64,000 nucleotides of DNA from Octopus bimaculoides. Its lineage: Eukaryota. Shown here piece after piece: positions 24,382-37,508 of this stretch; position 1 is the stretch's first letter; each line of letters starts with the position of its first letter. The DNA is taken from NCBI RefSeq assembly GCF_001194135.2, contig NC_068999.1:53585254-53649253 (forward strand), in the 5' to 3' direction. A program made the translations under genes and the position numbers. The notes below the pieces were generated by a model. The model had not been told where the DNA came from. It did no database searches and worked only from the letters and a program-made list of their open reading frames with translations.

Positions 24382-25209
24382 GAAATAAGGAAAGAAGAGG
24401 TTAAGTAATGCAGTGGCCCTAGACATAGCAACCCCAGCCGGCACCTCGTGCACGCACGTGTAAAATATGACTCTGTGGCCACTGTTCGGATGCCTTTAAT
24501 CATAGGCATATTAAAACAAGACTTGGGGCTATAGTAGAAGACACTTGCCTTAGGTGCTGTACAGTGAGACTGAACCAAAAACCATGTGGATTGGAAGGAA
24601 TCTTCTTACTACACAGCAATACCCTCTCTCTCTCACACACACACACAAATCTATCTATCTAAATATATATATTTATGTTTCTCTTATCTCATATATTTGT
24701 GTACAGGTTGTTTTTTAGCCCCAGCTTAGGCCCTTATGGAACAGACCTATGATCAAAGGTATTCCAGCCTTGACCATCCCATCTTTCACCCATGTGCAAG
24801 GTGCCCAGTTTCGTGTTATCCAACCAATCTTTCACTAAGACGAACAGGCAGGGTGTGAGTTGAAGAGACGTGACTGCCATTTTTAGCAAGCCTAACGACA
24901 CATGTAAAAGTTCCTTCGTCGGTACGTTTGTAAACAGGTTGTGGATGTAGGCCGTGAATACAATCTAAATGCAATGCAAAGCTATGAAATGGGAACGCGC
25001 GCCTATGTTAATTGCAACCTCAACATATTTTGAGATCAACTAAGGTCAAAACAAAACCTCGAATATTCATAATTGTATCCCTAAACACGTATTCATTTGC
25101 ACACGCGGGTTAGGGATAGGGTTAGGGTTAGGATCGACCACTCAAGACTAGCTAGCGCGGACGCGTGACTGCGGGTTCGGGTCCGCGCTGCTTTAGTAGT
25201 ACCCATATT

Positions 25210-25985
25210 TATACTATAGCCTCGGGCCGACCAAGGCCTTGTGAGTGGATTTGTTAGACAGAAACTGAAAGAAGCCCGTTNNNNNNNNNNNNNNNNNNNN
25301 NNNNNNNNNNNNNNNNNNNNNNNNNNNNNNNNNNNNNNNNNNNNNNNNNNNNNNNNNNNNNNNNNNNNNNNNNNNNNNNNNNNNNNNNNNNNNNNNNNNN
25401 NNNNNNNNNNNNNNNNNNNNNNNNNNNNNNNNNNNNNNNNNNNNNNNNNNNNNNNNNNNNNNNNNNNNNNNNNNNNNNNNNNNNNNNNNNNNNNNNNNNN
25501 NNNNNNNNNNNNNNNNNNNNNNNNNNNNNNNNNNNNNNNNNNNNNNNNNNNNNNNNNNNNNNNNNNNNNNNNNNNNNNNNNNNNNNNNNNNNNNNNNNNN
25601 NNNNNNNNNNNNNNNNNNNNNNNNNNNNNNNNNNNNNNNNNNNNNNNNNNNNNNNNNNNNNNNNNNNNNNNNNNNNNNNNNNNNNNNNNNNNNNNNNNNN
25701 NNNNNNNNNNNNNNNNNNNNNNNNNNNNNNNNNNNNNNNNNNNNNNNNNNNNNNNNNNNNNNNNNNNNNNNNNNNNNNNNNNNNNNNNNNNNNNNNNNNN
25801 NNNNNNNNNNNNNNNNNNNNNNNNNNNNNNNNNNNNNNNNNNNNNNNNNNNNNNNNNNNNNNNNNNNNNNNNNNNNNNNNNNNNNNNNNNNNNNNNNNNN
25901 NNTTCTCCTTTCGACTAAAAATTCCTCAAGGCGGTGCCCCAGCATGGCTGTAGTCTAACGACTGAAACAAATAAAAGATAAAAGA
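25210..25985 (+). mobile_element. SINE family A spanning an assembly gap (N 25281-25902)
   Basis: Head/core sequence before the gap and tail (caaggcggtgccccagcatggc...gaaacaaataaaag) after it. Confidence 0.7.
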
Positions 25986-26433
25986 CACACACACACACGT
26001 GTATGCATCTTACACATGCAATAGTCAGATAAATAGATAGATGTAGATACGTGTATCAAACAGTATTCCAGTTAGTATAGCCCGAAAAAAAGCAATTCTC
26101 ATAGACTGAAAATTATGAAAAACACAAACAGAGACAATAAGCAGTAGGGCTGTTATTCATACCCACCAAGTTATAAAGCTAAAAACTGCTTGATCTCGCC
26201 ATGGCAACATACATATGCAGACAATAGATGCACATACACACAAACATATAAATATGTGTGTGTATAGATAGATAGATAGATCGATAGATAGATAGATAGA
26301 AAGAGAGAGAGAAAGACGCCCTCACAGACAGGCACGCGCTCACTCTCTTTCACACACATACATACATATACAGAGAGGGGTAAGAGTGACGCGTGCTGAA
26401 ACACAATAGACACATTATCTTTCCCACATTCTT

Positions 26434-26481
<48 letters not shown>

Positions 26482-29054
26482 TGACACGTACCCTTTTACA
26501 CGAACACACCGATAACGCACATGCATATATTACTTACACGCGCTCACGCACAAGTACTTCATACACATTCACACGGTTGCTGACGTAGAATCAAAGACAC
26601 GCGTTCGCACATACAAGGCCAACGCTCAGATATACATGGATTCTCTCCGCCTCTTTCTCTATTATTTTCTCTGCTCCCTCTCTTTCCTTCTCTCTCTTAC
26701 ACATACACACACAAAACCGAACTTAAAATAGATATTGATTTTCTTCAAGAAACATGGTTCATATCGATTTCTGAATATCTTAGAATACGAATGATGCTAG
26801 TGATGGCGGTGGTGGTAGTGGGGGTGATGGTGACTCTTTTTTTTAGTTTAACCACAAGTCAGCTCTTATCGAGCTTTTTTTCCAAACGTAATAATTATAT
26901 CTAGATAGTAAGTAAGGTGAGATATAAGGAAGATTCGGCTGTTATTTCTCGCAGGCCAAAAGACCATTTCGTGGCGTCCTTGCTAACTTGAGGTGTTGTT
27001 GTTGTTTAGCCATAGGACAACCTTGATTGAGGAGCATTCCAACTATAATCATTGCATCTTTCATACCGACATAGTGTATCCAGGAATACCTTATCCAACA
27101 TATCTTTGTTTTTCAAGAGAGTAGGGTGCAATTTACGGGAGAACTTGTTGATGGATAAAGTTGTAACTTAAACCTCAAAGTTAATTTAAAGTAATCTAAG
27201 AAAATTTAATTTTCAGCACCCGCAAGAATATATTTTATTTTCTATAGTGAAGAATATTTACACAATTTTAATATAGACTAACAAAGCTATCCGGGTGTTC
27301 ACAGTAAGGGGCAATAACTCCAGGTTTCACTGCTTAAATTTGTGGAAACAAATTTCAGGACAGAAAATAATAGGGTTTTTCAAAGGTTGTGGGCAGTACT
27401 TGTCAGTACAGTCTTTTGGATTTCTCTGAGACACGGTTCTCCTGGGATATTATCTAGATGTTTCTGAGATCCCTTTTATTATAATAATAATAATAATAAT
27501 AATAATTATTATTATTATCATTATTATTATTGTTGTTGTTGTTGTTGTTGTTATCATCAAGGCTGTGAGCTGGCAGAATCATTAGCATGCTGGACAAAAT
27601 GCTTAGCAGTATTTTGTCTGTCCTTACATTCTGAGTTCAAATTCCATTGAGGTCAACGTTGATGTTGATAAAATAAGTACCAGTCAAGCACTGGGGTTGA
27701 TATAATTGACTAGCCCCTTCCCCAAAATTTCAGGCCTTGTGCCTATAGTAGAAAGGGTTATTATTAATATTATTATTCATTTTGTTCATCATGTACAAAT
27801 ATGTGTGTATTCATCATTATTTTATTTATTTTATTCAACTTTAGAAAAATTGAAGTATGTCTTTGACAATTCTGGAGCATATTTTAATTATTTTGTGCAT
27901 GAGTTTTGGCCCACCCTGTATGTGTGTGCGTACTTTCACATGTGCGCATGCATGCCCTTTCTCACCACTTGCCAACAAGTGTTGTTGGCAAAAGAGACTG
28001 GCAAAAGAAGTACCAGACTTAAAATATTAGTACTGGGAGTCCATCTGTTCGACTGAGACCCTTCAAGGCACTGCCCCAGCATGGCTGCAATCCAATGATC
28101 GAAACATGCAAAAGACAAACAATAAAAAAGATTGCCATCACCACCACCATCATCATCATCGTCATCATCAATATCACTATTATCACTTTGTAATTAGTAT
28201 CATCATCAGAGTCATCATAGCCATAGCCACTGCTCTCCGTGTTGTCACTCCTAACAATATTGCCCTCTCACACCACTACTATGAACATCGTCATGAGATT
28301 TGGGGTTAAAAGATAGATCATATTTTATTTTTAGTCAAGTAGTTGGAGTAGAGGGAAGGTGGTTGGTAGTAGTAGTAGTAGTAAGGTGAAAAGGATAGGG
28401 CCAGTGTCTATGGTTTTTGTCATCTGCAATTTCCCACCCAACCACATATCCTACTATCTAGAAAAGAAAGGACACAGTGAAGGTTAATTTCATAGGATTG
28501 GCTTTATCTTTCATCTTAGTTCGATAAATACCAGTTATACGTTATGATAATTTCAGTGACCTATGTTTCTCTACTGCAAATCTAAGTCAATCTGTAAAAT
28601 TGAATATAGCAATGCTGGTGTTTGTTGCATGACTATACTAAGGGAGGCTACTCTTACTAACCGACTAGTCTTTCTCCAAAGTCTCTGTTACATGGAACAT
28701 GGAAATCGCATGTTAAATGATTCTGTCTTACCCTGCTGGCATATGATTCCCATTTAAGTTTTTAGAAGTGTTTCTTTCATGAAATTTTTCTTCGTCTAAT
28801 TATGACGATAGAACACGTTTCAACGAAAGCGTTTTTAAGGTAACGTAGTTATACTTGGGTTAAGCCAATCCTAAATGTATTCATTTCTCTAAATTATCTT
28901 ATCACTCACCCAGCTGCAGGTCAGCCAGGATGCAACACACCTATGATCTCAAATCGTTTCTCTAATGATCCTGATTTTATTTTTATTAATTTTTTTCCAG
29001 ATATAGTGTACCTAGGACAACATTATCCATTTTAAAGATGGTACACACACACAC

Positions 29055-29270
29055 ACCTTTTACAGCAAATCGGGTTAGCAGCAACTTGCAAATTGGGATG
29101 GTCAGTGGTCATCAATCCATCGCATAGCCCAGATCTGGTGTCCTCCAGCTTTCATTTGGTCGGTCTAATGAAGGACAATCTTCGAAGCAAAAGATTTGTT
29201 GACACAGACGAGGTGAAATTGGCTGTAAAGAAGTGTGTACAGTTCTTGTTAAATTTCTTCGAATGATATC
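29055..29270 (+). mobile_element. Tc1/mariner transposase relic (C-terminal part of the catalytic domain)
   Basis: The frame starting at 29090 reads KLGWSVVINPSHSPDLVSSSFHLVGLMKDNLRSKRFVDTDEVKLAVKK, matching the mariner motif LGWEVLPHPPYSPDLAPSDFHLF..LK..L.GKRF; PFTA (HTA-like) upstream with a frameshift. Not in the ORF track. Confidence 0.8.
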
Positions 29271-29559
29271 AAAATTTCACCGGCTAATTAAAAAAAAAAA
29301 AAAATGTTGTTTTGCATGCTGATGTAGAAAATAAAAAAGATTAAAAATTGGGGAAATTTTGAAATACTTCAATTGGTTAGAGGAAATTTAACAAGATCCA
29401 TGAGTACTACTTATATATTTTCAAACAGGCCTCAAGAGTTGGTATCAATGATGGGGCAGGAGTATTGCTTGTAGTGGAGACAATGTTAAGTAGTCTCCTT
29501 GTATAGTCTCTACTAACATGTGCAATTTGAACAACCTGTGTCAGTTAATCTTCCTGGAC

Positions 29560-30000
29560 AGTGTTAGTTCAAAAAACTAACCAATCCGTGTCCGGAGATA
29601 AAGTTGCCTGTCTCAATTCCCCTTCCACGAATCACCCATACTGTCTCTTTCAATATGGCTACTACGCAGAAAAATGACACCTCCTTTTCCCTGTTAAAGG
29701 AGGGAGGCGGTGCAATCTTGATGATAAACTCAGTCAATAACTGTACTCTTTCCATTTCCGACACCAGTTGTTCGACTTAAGTTATCAACCCGCTCACTAA
29801 CTTTTGCTTGGGAATCTTCTGCAAATATAATTATCGCAAGATCACCAGAAAGAGAGACATACCGTTATCCAAACAATGGGTATTTGGGGTATTTGGGAGG
29901 TCTATTGTTCTGCCAATTTAACTCTCCACCGCATAGAAAAGTTTATGGCGAAGACATAAATCGGCTTAGGGAAGCCATCTGTTGAATGTCACTCTTGTCA
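29560..30000 (-). mobile_element. Possible L1/Tx1-type LINE C-terminal relic
   Basis: ORF 29564-29764 (IAPPPSFNREKEVSFFCVVAILKETVWVIRGRGIETGNFISGHGLVSF) resembles Tx1-like C-termini I recall from mollusc predicted proteins; not verified by alignment. Confidence 0.3.
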
Positions 30001-30093
30001 ACTTAATGTTTCTCTATGGGAAAAGTCTGTTGCACTGTTAAGTGAAATTTGGCGATTGAGGATCGAATCCACGTCATGCTTGCATGATCCACT

Positions 30094-30142
<49 letters not shown>

Positions 30143-30299
30143 CTGAAAACTGTTATGACTTTTGAAGCCGCTGCAACAGATGTGTGCTCTCATACACACA
30201 CACATACTTGTGTGTGTGTGTGTGTGTTACGTACACTCCCTTGCACAAACTTAAACATACTCAAGTGGTAGAGTTAATTCGTTGTCAAGTTTAATACCT

Positions 30300-31233
30300 G
30301 CAGCTGATCTGTTGCAAGCACTCAGGCAAGCTTTCTGGTTTGAGAGCGACGTGTTACTTTCCTCTGAATTACTTATCGTATCCCTCAAACATCCACAGCT
30401 TTTTGACATCCTCACAGCTGCATCTAGGAAAATAAACACTTATGTTTTCATTGCTGGCGGCTTCAATTACCCTGAGATTGACTGGAAAACTTTTGTCGAC
30501 TGCAAAGTGTAAATGATTTCTTTGATTTCGTGCTGGATTTGAACTGGTCCCAAGTAGTCACGTCCCCCACAAAAGGTGTCAATACTTTGGGTCTGCTCTT
30601 TACCATTACTCCTGAAACGGTTATCAGTGTCACTGCCAAAGGACCTTTGGGCAACTCTGATCATGCTATGATCATTGCCGATCTGTCTATTATGGGCAGA
30701 AACAAGAACCAACATCATTTCTGAACGACTCTCTTTGACTGGTACAAAGCAGACTGGAACTCTTACTGAGCTGAGTTACAACAGCCAAACTGGCTTGAAT
30801 TGTACAATTCTGGAGATCTCAATACTGCACTTCAGAACTCCCTGAACTCAATCTGGGCTGCATATGAAACATCAGTACCACGTAAATGCTTTTAAAATCC
30901 CCAAAGTGCAACTTGAAAGACTGCAGCAGTCCGAATTGTCTGAAAAGGACGTCGTGATGTCGAACAGGAATACAGACAAACATTTTTTCACGCCCAGAAT
31001 TGCTGAAGCGTGGAATAAACAACTCACATCAGCCGCGAGCTGTTGGGATGCTACATCCTTAGAAACTTCCATGCTTCCTGAAATTTACCAACTGTGCACT
31101 TCATGCCTCCACCTTCTTTTCTTAAACGACTCACTTCCTGTGCATTATTCCACATACTGTCCATGCACTTCTGGTTACTTTTCCTGATGTGTTGTAGTAA
31201 CCTGAGCACTGTAAACAATAAGTTCGTTATTAT
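30300..31233 (+). mobile_element. CR1-group LINE remnant: AP-endonuclease motifs joined to the LINE 3' end
   Basis: Frameshifted motifs ITYRIP, FIAGGFNYPEIDW (GDFN), QVVTSPTKGVNTLGLLFT and GNSDH; then KHFFTPRIAEAWNK and the same 3' terminus as 16480-16768. Confidence 0.8.
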
Positions 31234-32242
31234 TTTTAATTCATAAAGAATTGATAATTCCTTCTACTGGAGGCACAAGGACTGAAATTTTGTTGGCGGG
31301 GACTTATCGATTACATTGACCTCAGTGCTTGACTAGTATTTATTTTTATCAGCCCTGAAAGGAATGAAAGGCAAAGTCGACCTCGGCATAAGGATAATAT
31401 GCATAATTCAATTACACAGATGTGTGCGTGTTATCTAAGCCATTTAAAGGATTTAGATCTATGAGAGGGATAGAAAATAAAAGAAAGAGAGAGCGTCAAA
31501 GAGGCGAGAGAAAGAGCAAGAGATAAATGGCAGGAGTAATAAAGCAAGAAAGAGATAGATAGATAAAGAAAGAAAAAAAGCGAGCGAGCCTTTGAAATCA
31601 ATAAATGGAAGTTTTCTGCAGATCCAAATCAAAAAGGGATAGAGTTAGATAGCAGGAATCAGAAATAGAGAGAGAGAGAGTAGGAAAGAAAGAAAGCCTT
31701 TGAAATCAATAACTAGAAGTTTTCTGCTGATTCAAATTAAAAAAAAGGGAAACTAGGCTAGACAGAAAAAGGGAGAAAAAGAAGCAAATTTTTGTTTTGT
31801 ATCATTTGAAGTTGACCTGCCCGAATTGAGGTCATTCTACCTCACGTGTTACAAGCAATCAACGAATTTTTTCGTCAGAAATTTATTTATTTATTCATGT
31901 TTTTGATTGCTTGGAAGAATTTTACCAAGTCGTAATCCTCCATACACCACACACCAATTATACAAAATAAAGAACAGATTCAAATTGTCTTATTGTACAT
32001 ATAAATGTCTGCTGCCATATCAGCCTCTATATATCTACCTACACGCTCTATGTTTATCTGACAGCCTAGATGTCTCTATTTAATATGATTGGTTGTTCTA
32101 CTTTCATTTTATCATTATTCTTGTATCTTTATCTCATTCCATTCTATTTCAATGCATATGTGTGCATATTATATTCACATCTATCTATCTATCTATCTAT
32201 CTATCTACCCCTTTGTAAGATATATATGTGTGTGTGTGTGTC

Positions 32243-32283
<41 letters not shown>

Positions 32284-32838
32284 GTGTGGCGATCTTTCGG
32301 AGATGGTATATCAAAACTGAAACTGTTCGGAAATTTCTGTAAAAATTTATCTACTTTTTTTCTGTTGAATCGTTTGTTTCTGTATTCTTTTTGTGCAAGT
32401 ATACGTATGTATACACACACAAATAAGGGTATTAGTTTGACGCTCGGGAAGAATCGAAAAGTCTTTGATGTTTCGAGTCTATGCTCTTCGACAGAAAGGA
32501 GAGGAAATAATGAAGAGAGAATGACCCCCCCCCCCAAAAAAAATGCGTAGAGATTTTACACACACACGTGTGTGTCTGTGTGTGTATATACTATCTGAGA
32601 GGGCGCGATATGGAAAAAAGTAGTAACATCTATTATGGTAAATATATTCATTACACACACAGTATTGGGTGTTCTCATTTTTTCGTGAAACTACTTAACA
32701 AGTGATTTTATCTATCTTTTAATAACCCGATGATGCCTTACGATAATTCAAATTCCATGTATTGAGTACTTTCTTGCATTATATTCCACTCAATTCATGT
32801 TGATCATTTATAACAAATAGACACCGTCAGTCAGTTAG

Positions 32839-32876
32839 GTAGACAGATAATCAGATAGACACACAAACAGGCAGAC

Positions 32877-32954
<78 letters not shown>

Positions 32955-32970
32955 GCAGACAGACAAACAC

Positions 32971-33033
<63 letters not shown>

Positions 33034-33069
33034 AACAAATGGATAGATAGATGGATAGACAGGTAGACG

Positions 33070-33101
<32 letters not shown>

Positions 33102-33223
33102 TAGACGGAGAGATAAATAGAGATAGATATAGACAGATAGATAGTTAGACAGACAGACAGCTAGCTAGCTAGATAGATAGATAGATACATACATACAGAC
33201 AGAGAAAGACAGATAGATAGATA
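32839..33223. repeat. (GATA)n/(GACA)n tetranucleotide array
   Basis: Read directly; it produces the SIYL-repeat pseudo-ORFs. Confidence 0.95.
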
Positions 33224-33485
33224 AAGTGGCTACATCTGTTTCCAGAGAGAAATTTTTATCGTTATATAAATGGATAGACTGTTGCGTGGTTAGTGAGACA
33301 GTTACACCCACAGAGAACACCATTATTCTAACCGAACACAAACACACTTACACACAATTATGTCCAATTTAGAAGATTACAGATGGTAAAGAAAGAAACA
33401 ACACAATAACAACTGTAACAAAAACCAAAAATAAATAACAGAAGCGAAAAAAAATAAACTGAAAACAAATAAAATACTCCTGTTT

Positions 33486-33540
33486 TCAACCAATCACATA
33501 GAAGTATTTATTGCAACCCGGCGTGCACTTACCGGAAGTC
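33486..33540 (+). promoter_or_regulatory. Candidate proximal promoter of TMEM35: CCAAT box (aaCCAATca, 33490-33494) and ETS site (CCGGAAGT, 33532-33539)
   Basis: Both consensus motifs lie in unique sequence within 80 nt upstream of the ATG, a typical layout for a TATA-less promoter. Confidence 0.55.
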
Positions 33541-33565
33541 ATCCTAATTCATCTTCCTCGCCAAG

Positions 33566-33676
33566 ATGGGATCCGTTGTGTTGACGGTTTTGTCTGTGAC
33601 AATAGGGATCTTTTTTATCTTCATCGGAACATTGAAATTAAACTCATCTATAAGCACAGAAATTTATAGGGAAATG
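33566..33676 (+). CDS. TMEM35: TMEM35/NACHO exon 1: MGSVVLTVLSVTIGIFFIFIGTLKLNSSISTEIYREM
   Basis: ATG in good context (ccaagATGG); donor ATG|gtaagt; phase 0. Confidence 0.93.
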
Positions 33677-34835
33677 GTAAGTTTCTTTTTGATAAAAAAC
33701 ATAACATTATCAATTTTATGTTCTAAAGAATACAAAAAAAAAAACTCCCGGTCTGCAATTAACCTTCTAACGGCATGTGTGTATGTGCGTGTGTGCTTAT
33801 ATATATGTACGTTTGCATGTGCGTCAGCTTGCGAATGTATGTGTGTGTATATGTATGTGTTTGTGTGTGCACTGCTGCCCGAAACGTAAAATCTTAGCTC
33901 ACGTCAGACAAACTTATTTATGTTTATAGCCGGCATAGATATCACTAATTTCTTACAGATTCTGATTTTTAAAAAAATATATTTTTGCTAATTATATGTA
34001 GGCATATTTATATGTGTGTACATATAAACACATACATACACGCACACATACAGTGCTAATAACTACGATGCTGTCACAACAAATTATGTCATGCCTTTTA
34101 ATACAAGTAAAGATGAAATGAATTAACTGGGAATCGAAACCGGGTCGTGGAACCAGTATTCACCGTGAGCTTTTTATCTCTTTTAGCTTTTAACTTCTGT
34201 CTAATTACTTGCAGTAAATACCATAACTAAATCACACATCCCTTTTGCCTTTATTCCTCGCCCAATTTTCTCCTAGAAATGTATGTGAAATTGTTTGCCG
34301 TCCATCATCACTGTTGCTAGCAGAGTCCTCAGAGAGGCATGCATCTTACAAACTCCCTAAAACATCCCCATCCTCTATCTTTCACCCTTACTTTCTCGTC
34401 TATTTGAAAGCACTAGCATCATCATGCCTACGAAGGAGCCTTTATGTGTTGTTCAGTCTAGGGGGAAAAAAACAGCTAAACCTTCGAATTTCATTTTGAT
34501 TATGTATTGTGTATGTGTACTTGTGTGTAGGCGCAGTATGGCCCAAAAGGTAAGAAGTTTATTTCGCAATCATGCCGTCGCGGCACCTTGGATAATTCGT
34601 TTTCTATCAATTCGGTTCGACCGATACGTTATGAGTGAAATTGGATAGACGGAAACTGTATGAAAAGCCGTCGGATGGACCTGTACCTGTAATTTAACGG
34701 TCCAACATTGTCACACAGTGTTACGATGATTCCATTTCAGAATTACATTAAAGGTACATGTGTCTGTGGAATACCTAGCTCCTCAGTTGATTGAAGAACT
34801 CAATGCTTATAGATGGAAACTCCGACCAAGATCCC

Positions 34836-34866
<31 letters not shown>

Positions 34867-34886
34867 TACACACAATNNNNNNNNNN

Positions 34887-34918
<32 letters not shown>

Positions 34919-35159
34919 TACACACAATGGGATGGTTATGATTGGAGCGTCTTTGGATCGGAGATTTGTTAGATTAGATGTAACCTGGGGGCGAAATAAT
35001 CATGCAGCACTACACCAATCCTGCGAACTGCTAGAAATAGCAACCGACTCTTTAAAAACGGAAGAACTCATTCGATAATATAGTCAGACATACACGGAAT
35101 GGTCATGACTAGAATGACTTGGAACGTAGGCCTGTTAGGACAGAGTTGACCTGGAGTAA

Positions 35160-35420
35160 TACAACACCAGCTGTCATAACAGGCTCCAACCTCTGACACG
35201 CAGACATGCTGTCTCACCTCATGTCTTCTCTGCCGCTACTACAGTTGGCTGATCTTTCACTACCTTCATGAAGGACCAGCTACCTCACTAGTCTCTTTTC
35301 CCCCTCACAGACACACACCTGGCTGTGCTGTTAATTACTATCCCCTCACTTCCTCAGCAGAGCATTTTTCCCTCTACAATTCAGTCTCTATACTTTTCCT
35401 GTAGTCATCAAGTCTCAGAG
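35160..35420 (+). mobile_element. Degenerate CR1/Zenon-like LINE C-terminal fragment in TMEM35 intron 1
   Basis: Frameshifted LQPLTRRHAVS..CLLCRYY and SIFPST..FP resemble LQPLxHRRxVSSLCLFYRYY...SFFPRT..WN.LP..VFP. Confidence 0.4.
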
Positions 35421-35689
35421 GACGGAAGGCTATGAGGACAGGCTCTTCTGATAGACTAAACCAGTTAACCCCTCTTCTCTCCCCATTGGGTGAAAATTAC
35501 TTTCAAAGGTTGGCTATGGTGATGATTAGAGAAAGAAAAATGAATTTGGAAGAATATAATTTAGGAATTAAAACAATTTATTAATCGACTTCTGAACTGG
35601 TTAAGAGTGTCATTTGATCTCAGTGCAGTGAGCATTGAAATTAAATCTCACAAGTAACTAGCTCAGTTGCTTATTTTCTACTTCAACTC

Positions 35690-36055
35690 TTTTATTATTT
35701 TATTCAGTCATTTTGACTGCGGCCATGCTGGACCACCGCCTTTAGTTGAGCAAATCATCCCCAGGACTTATTCTTTGTAAGCCTAGTACTTATTCTATCA
35801 GCCTCTTTTGCCGAACTGCTAAGTTACGGGGACATAAACACACCAGCATCGGTTGTCAAGCGATGTTGGAGGGACAAACATGGACACACACACACACACA
35901 TACATACGATAGGCTTCTTTCAGTTTCCGTCTACCAAATCCACTCACAAGGCTTTGGTCAGCGCAAGGCTATAGTAGAAGACGCCCAAGGTGCCATGCAG
36001 TGGGACTGAACCCGGAACCATGTGGTTGGTAAGCAAGCTACTTACCACACAGCCA
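35690..36055 (-). mobile_element. SINE family A, near-complete young copy
   Basis: The reverse complement carries an A-box (tggctgtgtgg), a B-box (ggttcagtcc), CORE-like ggcaccttgggc, an internal CA tract and the full tail. Confidence 0.88.
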
Positions 36056-36676
36056 ATGGTTTCTAATTTAGGCACAAGGCCACCAATTTTGAAGGGTGAG
36101 GTTTAGTTCATTACATTGACCCCCCCCCCNNNNNNNNNNNNNNNNNNNNNNNNNNNNNNNNNNNNNNNNNNNNNNNNNNNNNNNNNNNNNNNNNNNNNNN
36201 NNNNNNNNNNNNNNNNNNNNNNNNNNNNNNNNNNNNNNNNNNNNNNNNNNNNNNNNNNNNNNNNNNNNNNNNNNNNNNNNNNNNNNNNNNACCCCCCCCC
36301 CTCCTCTTTCCCAGTATTTGACTGGAATTTATTTTATTAACTCAAAAGGAATGAAAGGCAAAGTTGACCATAGCAAGATTTGAACTTGGAACATAAAGAG
36401 TTGAAAGAAATAACAAGCATTTTATCTGAGGCTCTAATGGTTCTGTCAGTCCACTGCAAACTTGGCACAAGGTCAGAATTTGTTAACTGGTACTTCATTG
36501 ACTTCTTCTCAAAAGGATGACAAGCAAAGTTGATCTCAATGAGATTTGAACCTAGAAAATGTAAAGAATTGGAACAAATACTTCTTTGTTAAATGTTCCT
36601 CTGATACTGCTAATCTGCTTCTCTGAAAAATAATAATGGTTTTTGATTCCAGTAATTTTGAAGGGAGGGGCTAGTC

Positions 36677-36897
36677 CAGTGGTTCTCTATCATTTTTTTT
36701 ACCTATGGACTACTTTGATTCCTTTTTTGACTCAGGTGGATCCTTATAACCATTTGATGTTTAAAAAAATCTTACTGTATCTTTCTAATTAAATATTATT
36801 AGGAATTGTATAAAAAATTGTTAAAATATTTTGTGCATTTTATTGTCCATAAATTTTAACAGCAAAATCTTATATGGACTCCAGTTGAGAACCACTG
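36677..36897. mobile_element. hAT (Charlie/Buster-type) MITE, 221 bp, inserted into a family-B SINE
   Basis: TIRs CAGTGGTTCTC / GAGAACCACTG; perfect 8-bp TSD GGCTAGTC (36669-36676 and 36898-36905). Confidence 0.9.
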
Positions 36898-37508
36898 GGC
36901 TAGTCCAATATCATTGACCCCAGTACTATACCTGCTTTATTTTATCAGCCTCTGGAAAGATGATAGACAAAGTTGACCTCAGTGGTATTTGAACTCAGAT
37001 TGTAAAGAACCAGAAGAAATACAACAGGGCATTTATTTTTTACCATCAGATCAATAATTTCTAACACAGGTAGAAGGCTTGAAATATGAGGGTGGAGGGT
37101 TAATCAAATTGGACCCAGTACTTCACTGGTACTTTCTTTTATTGACCTTGTTAATATGGTAACAAAGTTGACTGTGGCTGGATTTGAAACCAGAATGTAA
37201 AGAGCCAGAACAAATACTGCAAGGTATTTTTGTTCAATGCTCTAACAATTCTGCAAATCATTGTCTTTAATAATAATAATAATTTTCATTATTCACACAA
37301 GGGAGACAGATATAGGACATTACAAGGACACAGAAGTAAATGGTAATAATACACATATACCTTCTTCTTCTAGTGATTGTAATCATACTGATGATGATGC
37401 CTGTAGACAGACTGTTAGCGGCTGATTATTAGCATTCGATAGCAGCGGATATTGATCATTATTTCTCTGTTTTATATATTTTTTCTAGTGTTTATTAGAT
37501 CAATTGTA

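Noticed and set aside
25107-25132. Interstitial telomere marking a chromosome fusion (also 54181-54198 and 54470-54484)
   Set aside because: Only 2-4 imperfect units each, associated with putative transposons; far too short.
15968-33566. Shared bidirectional promoter for divergent AMBRA1 and NACHO
   Set aside because: The start codons are 17.6 kb apart, the interval is filled with repeats, and NACHO has its own proximal CCAAT/ETS motifs.
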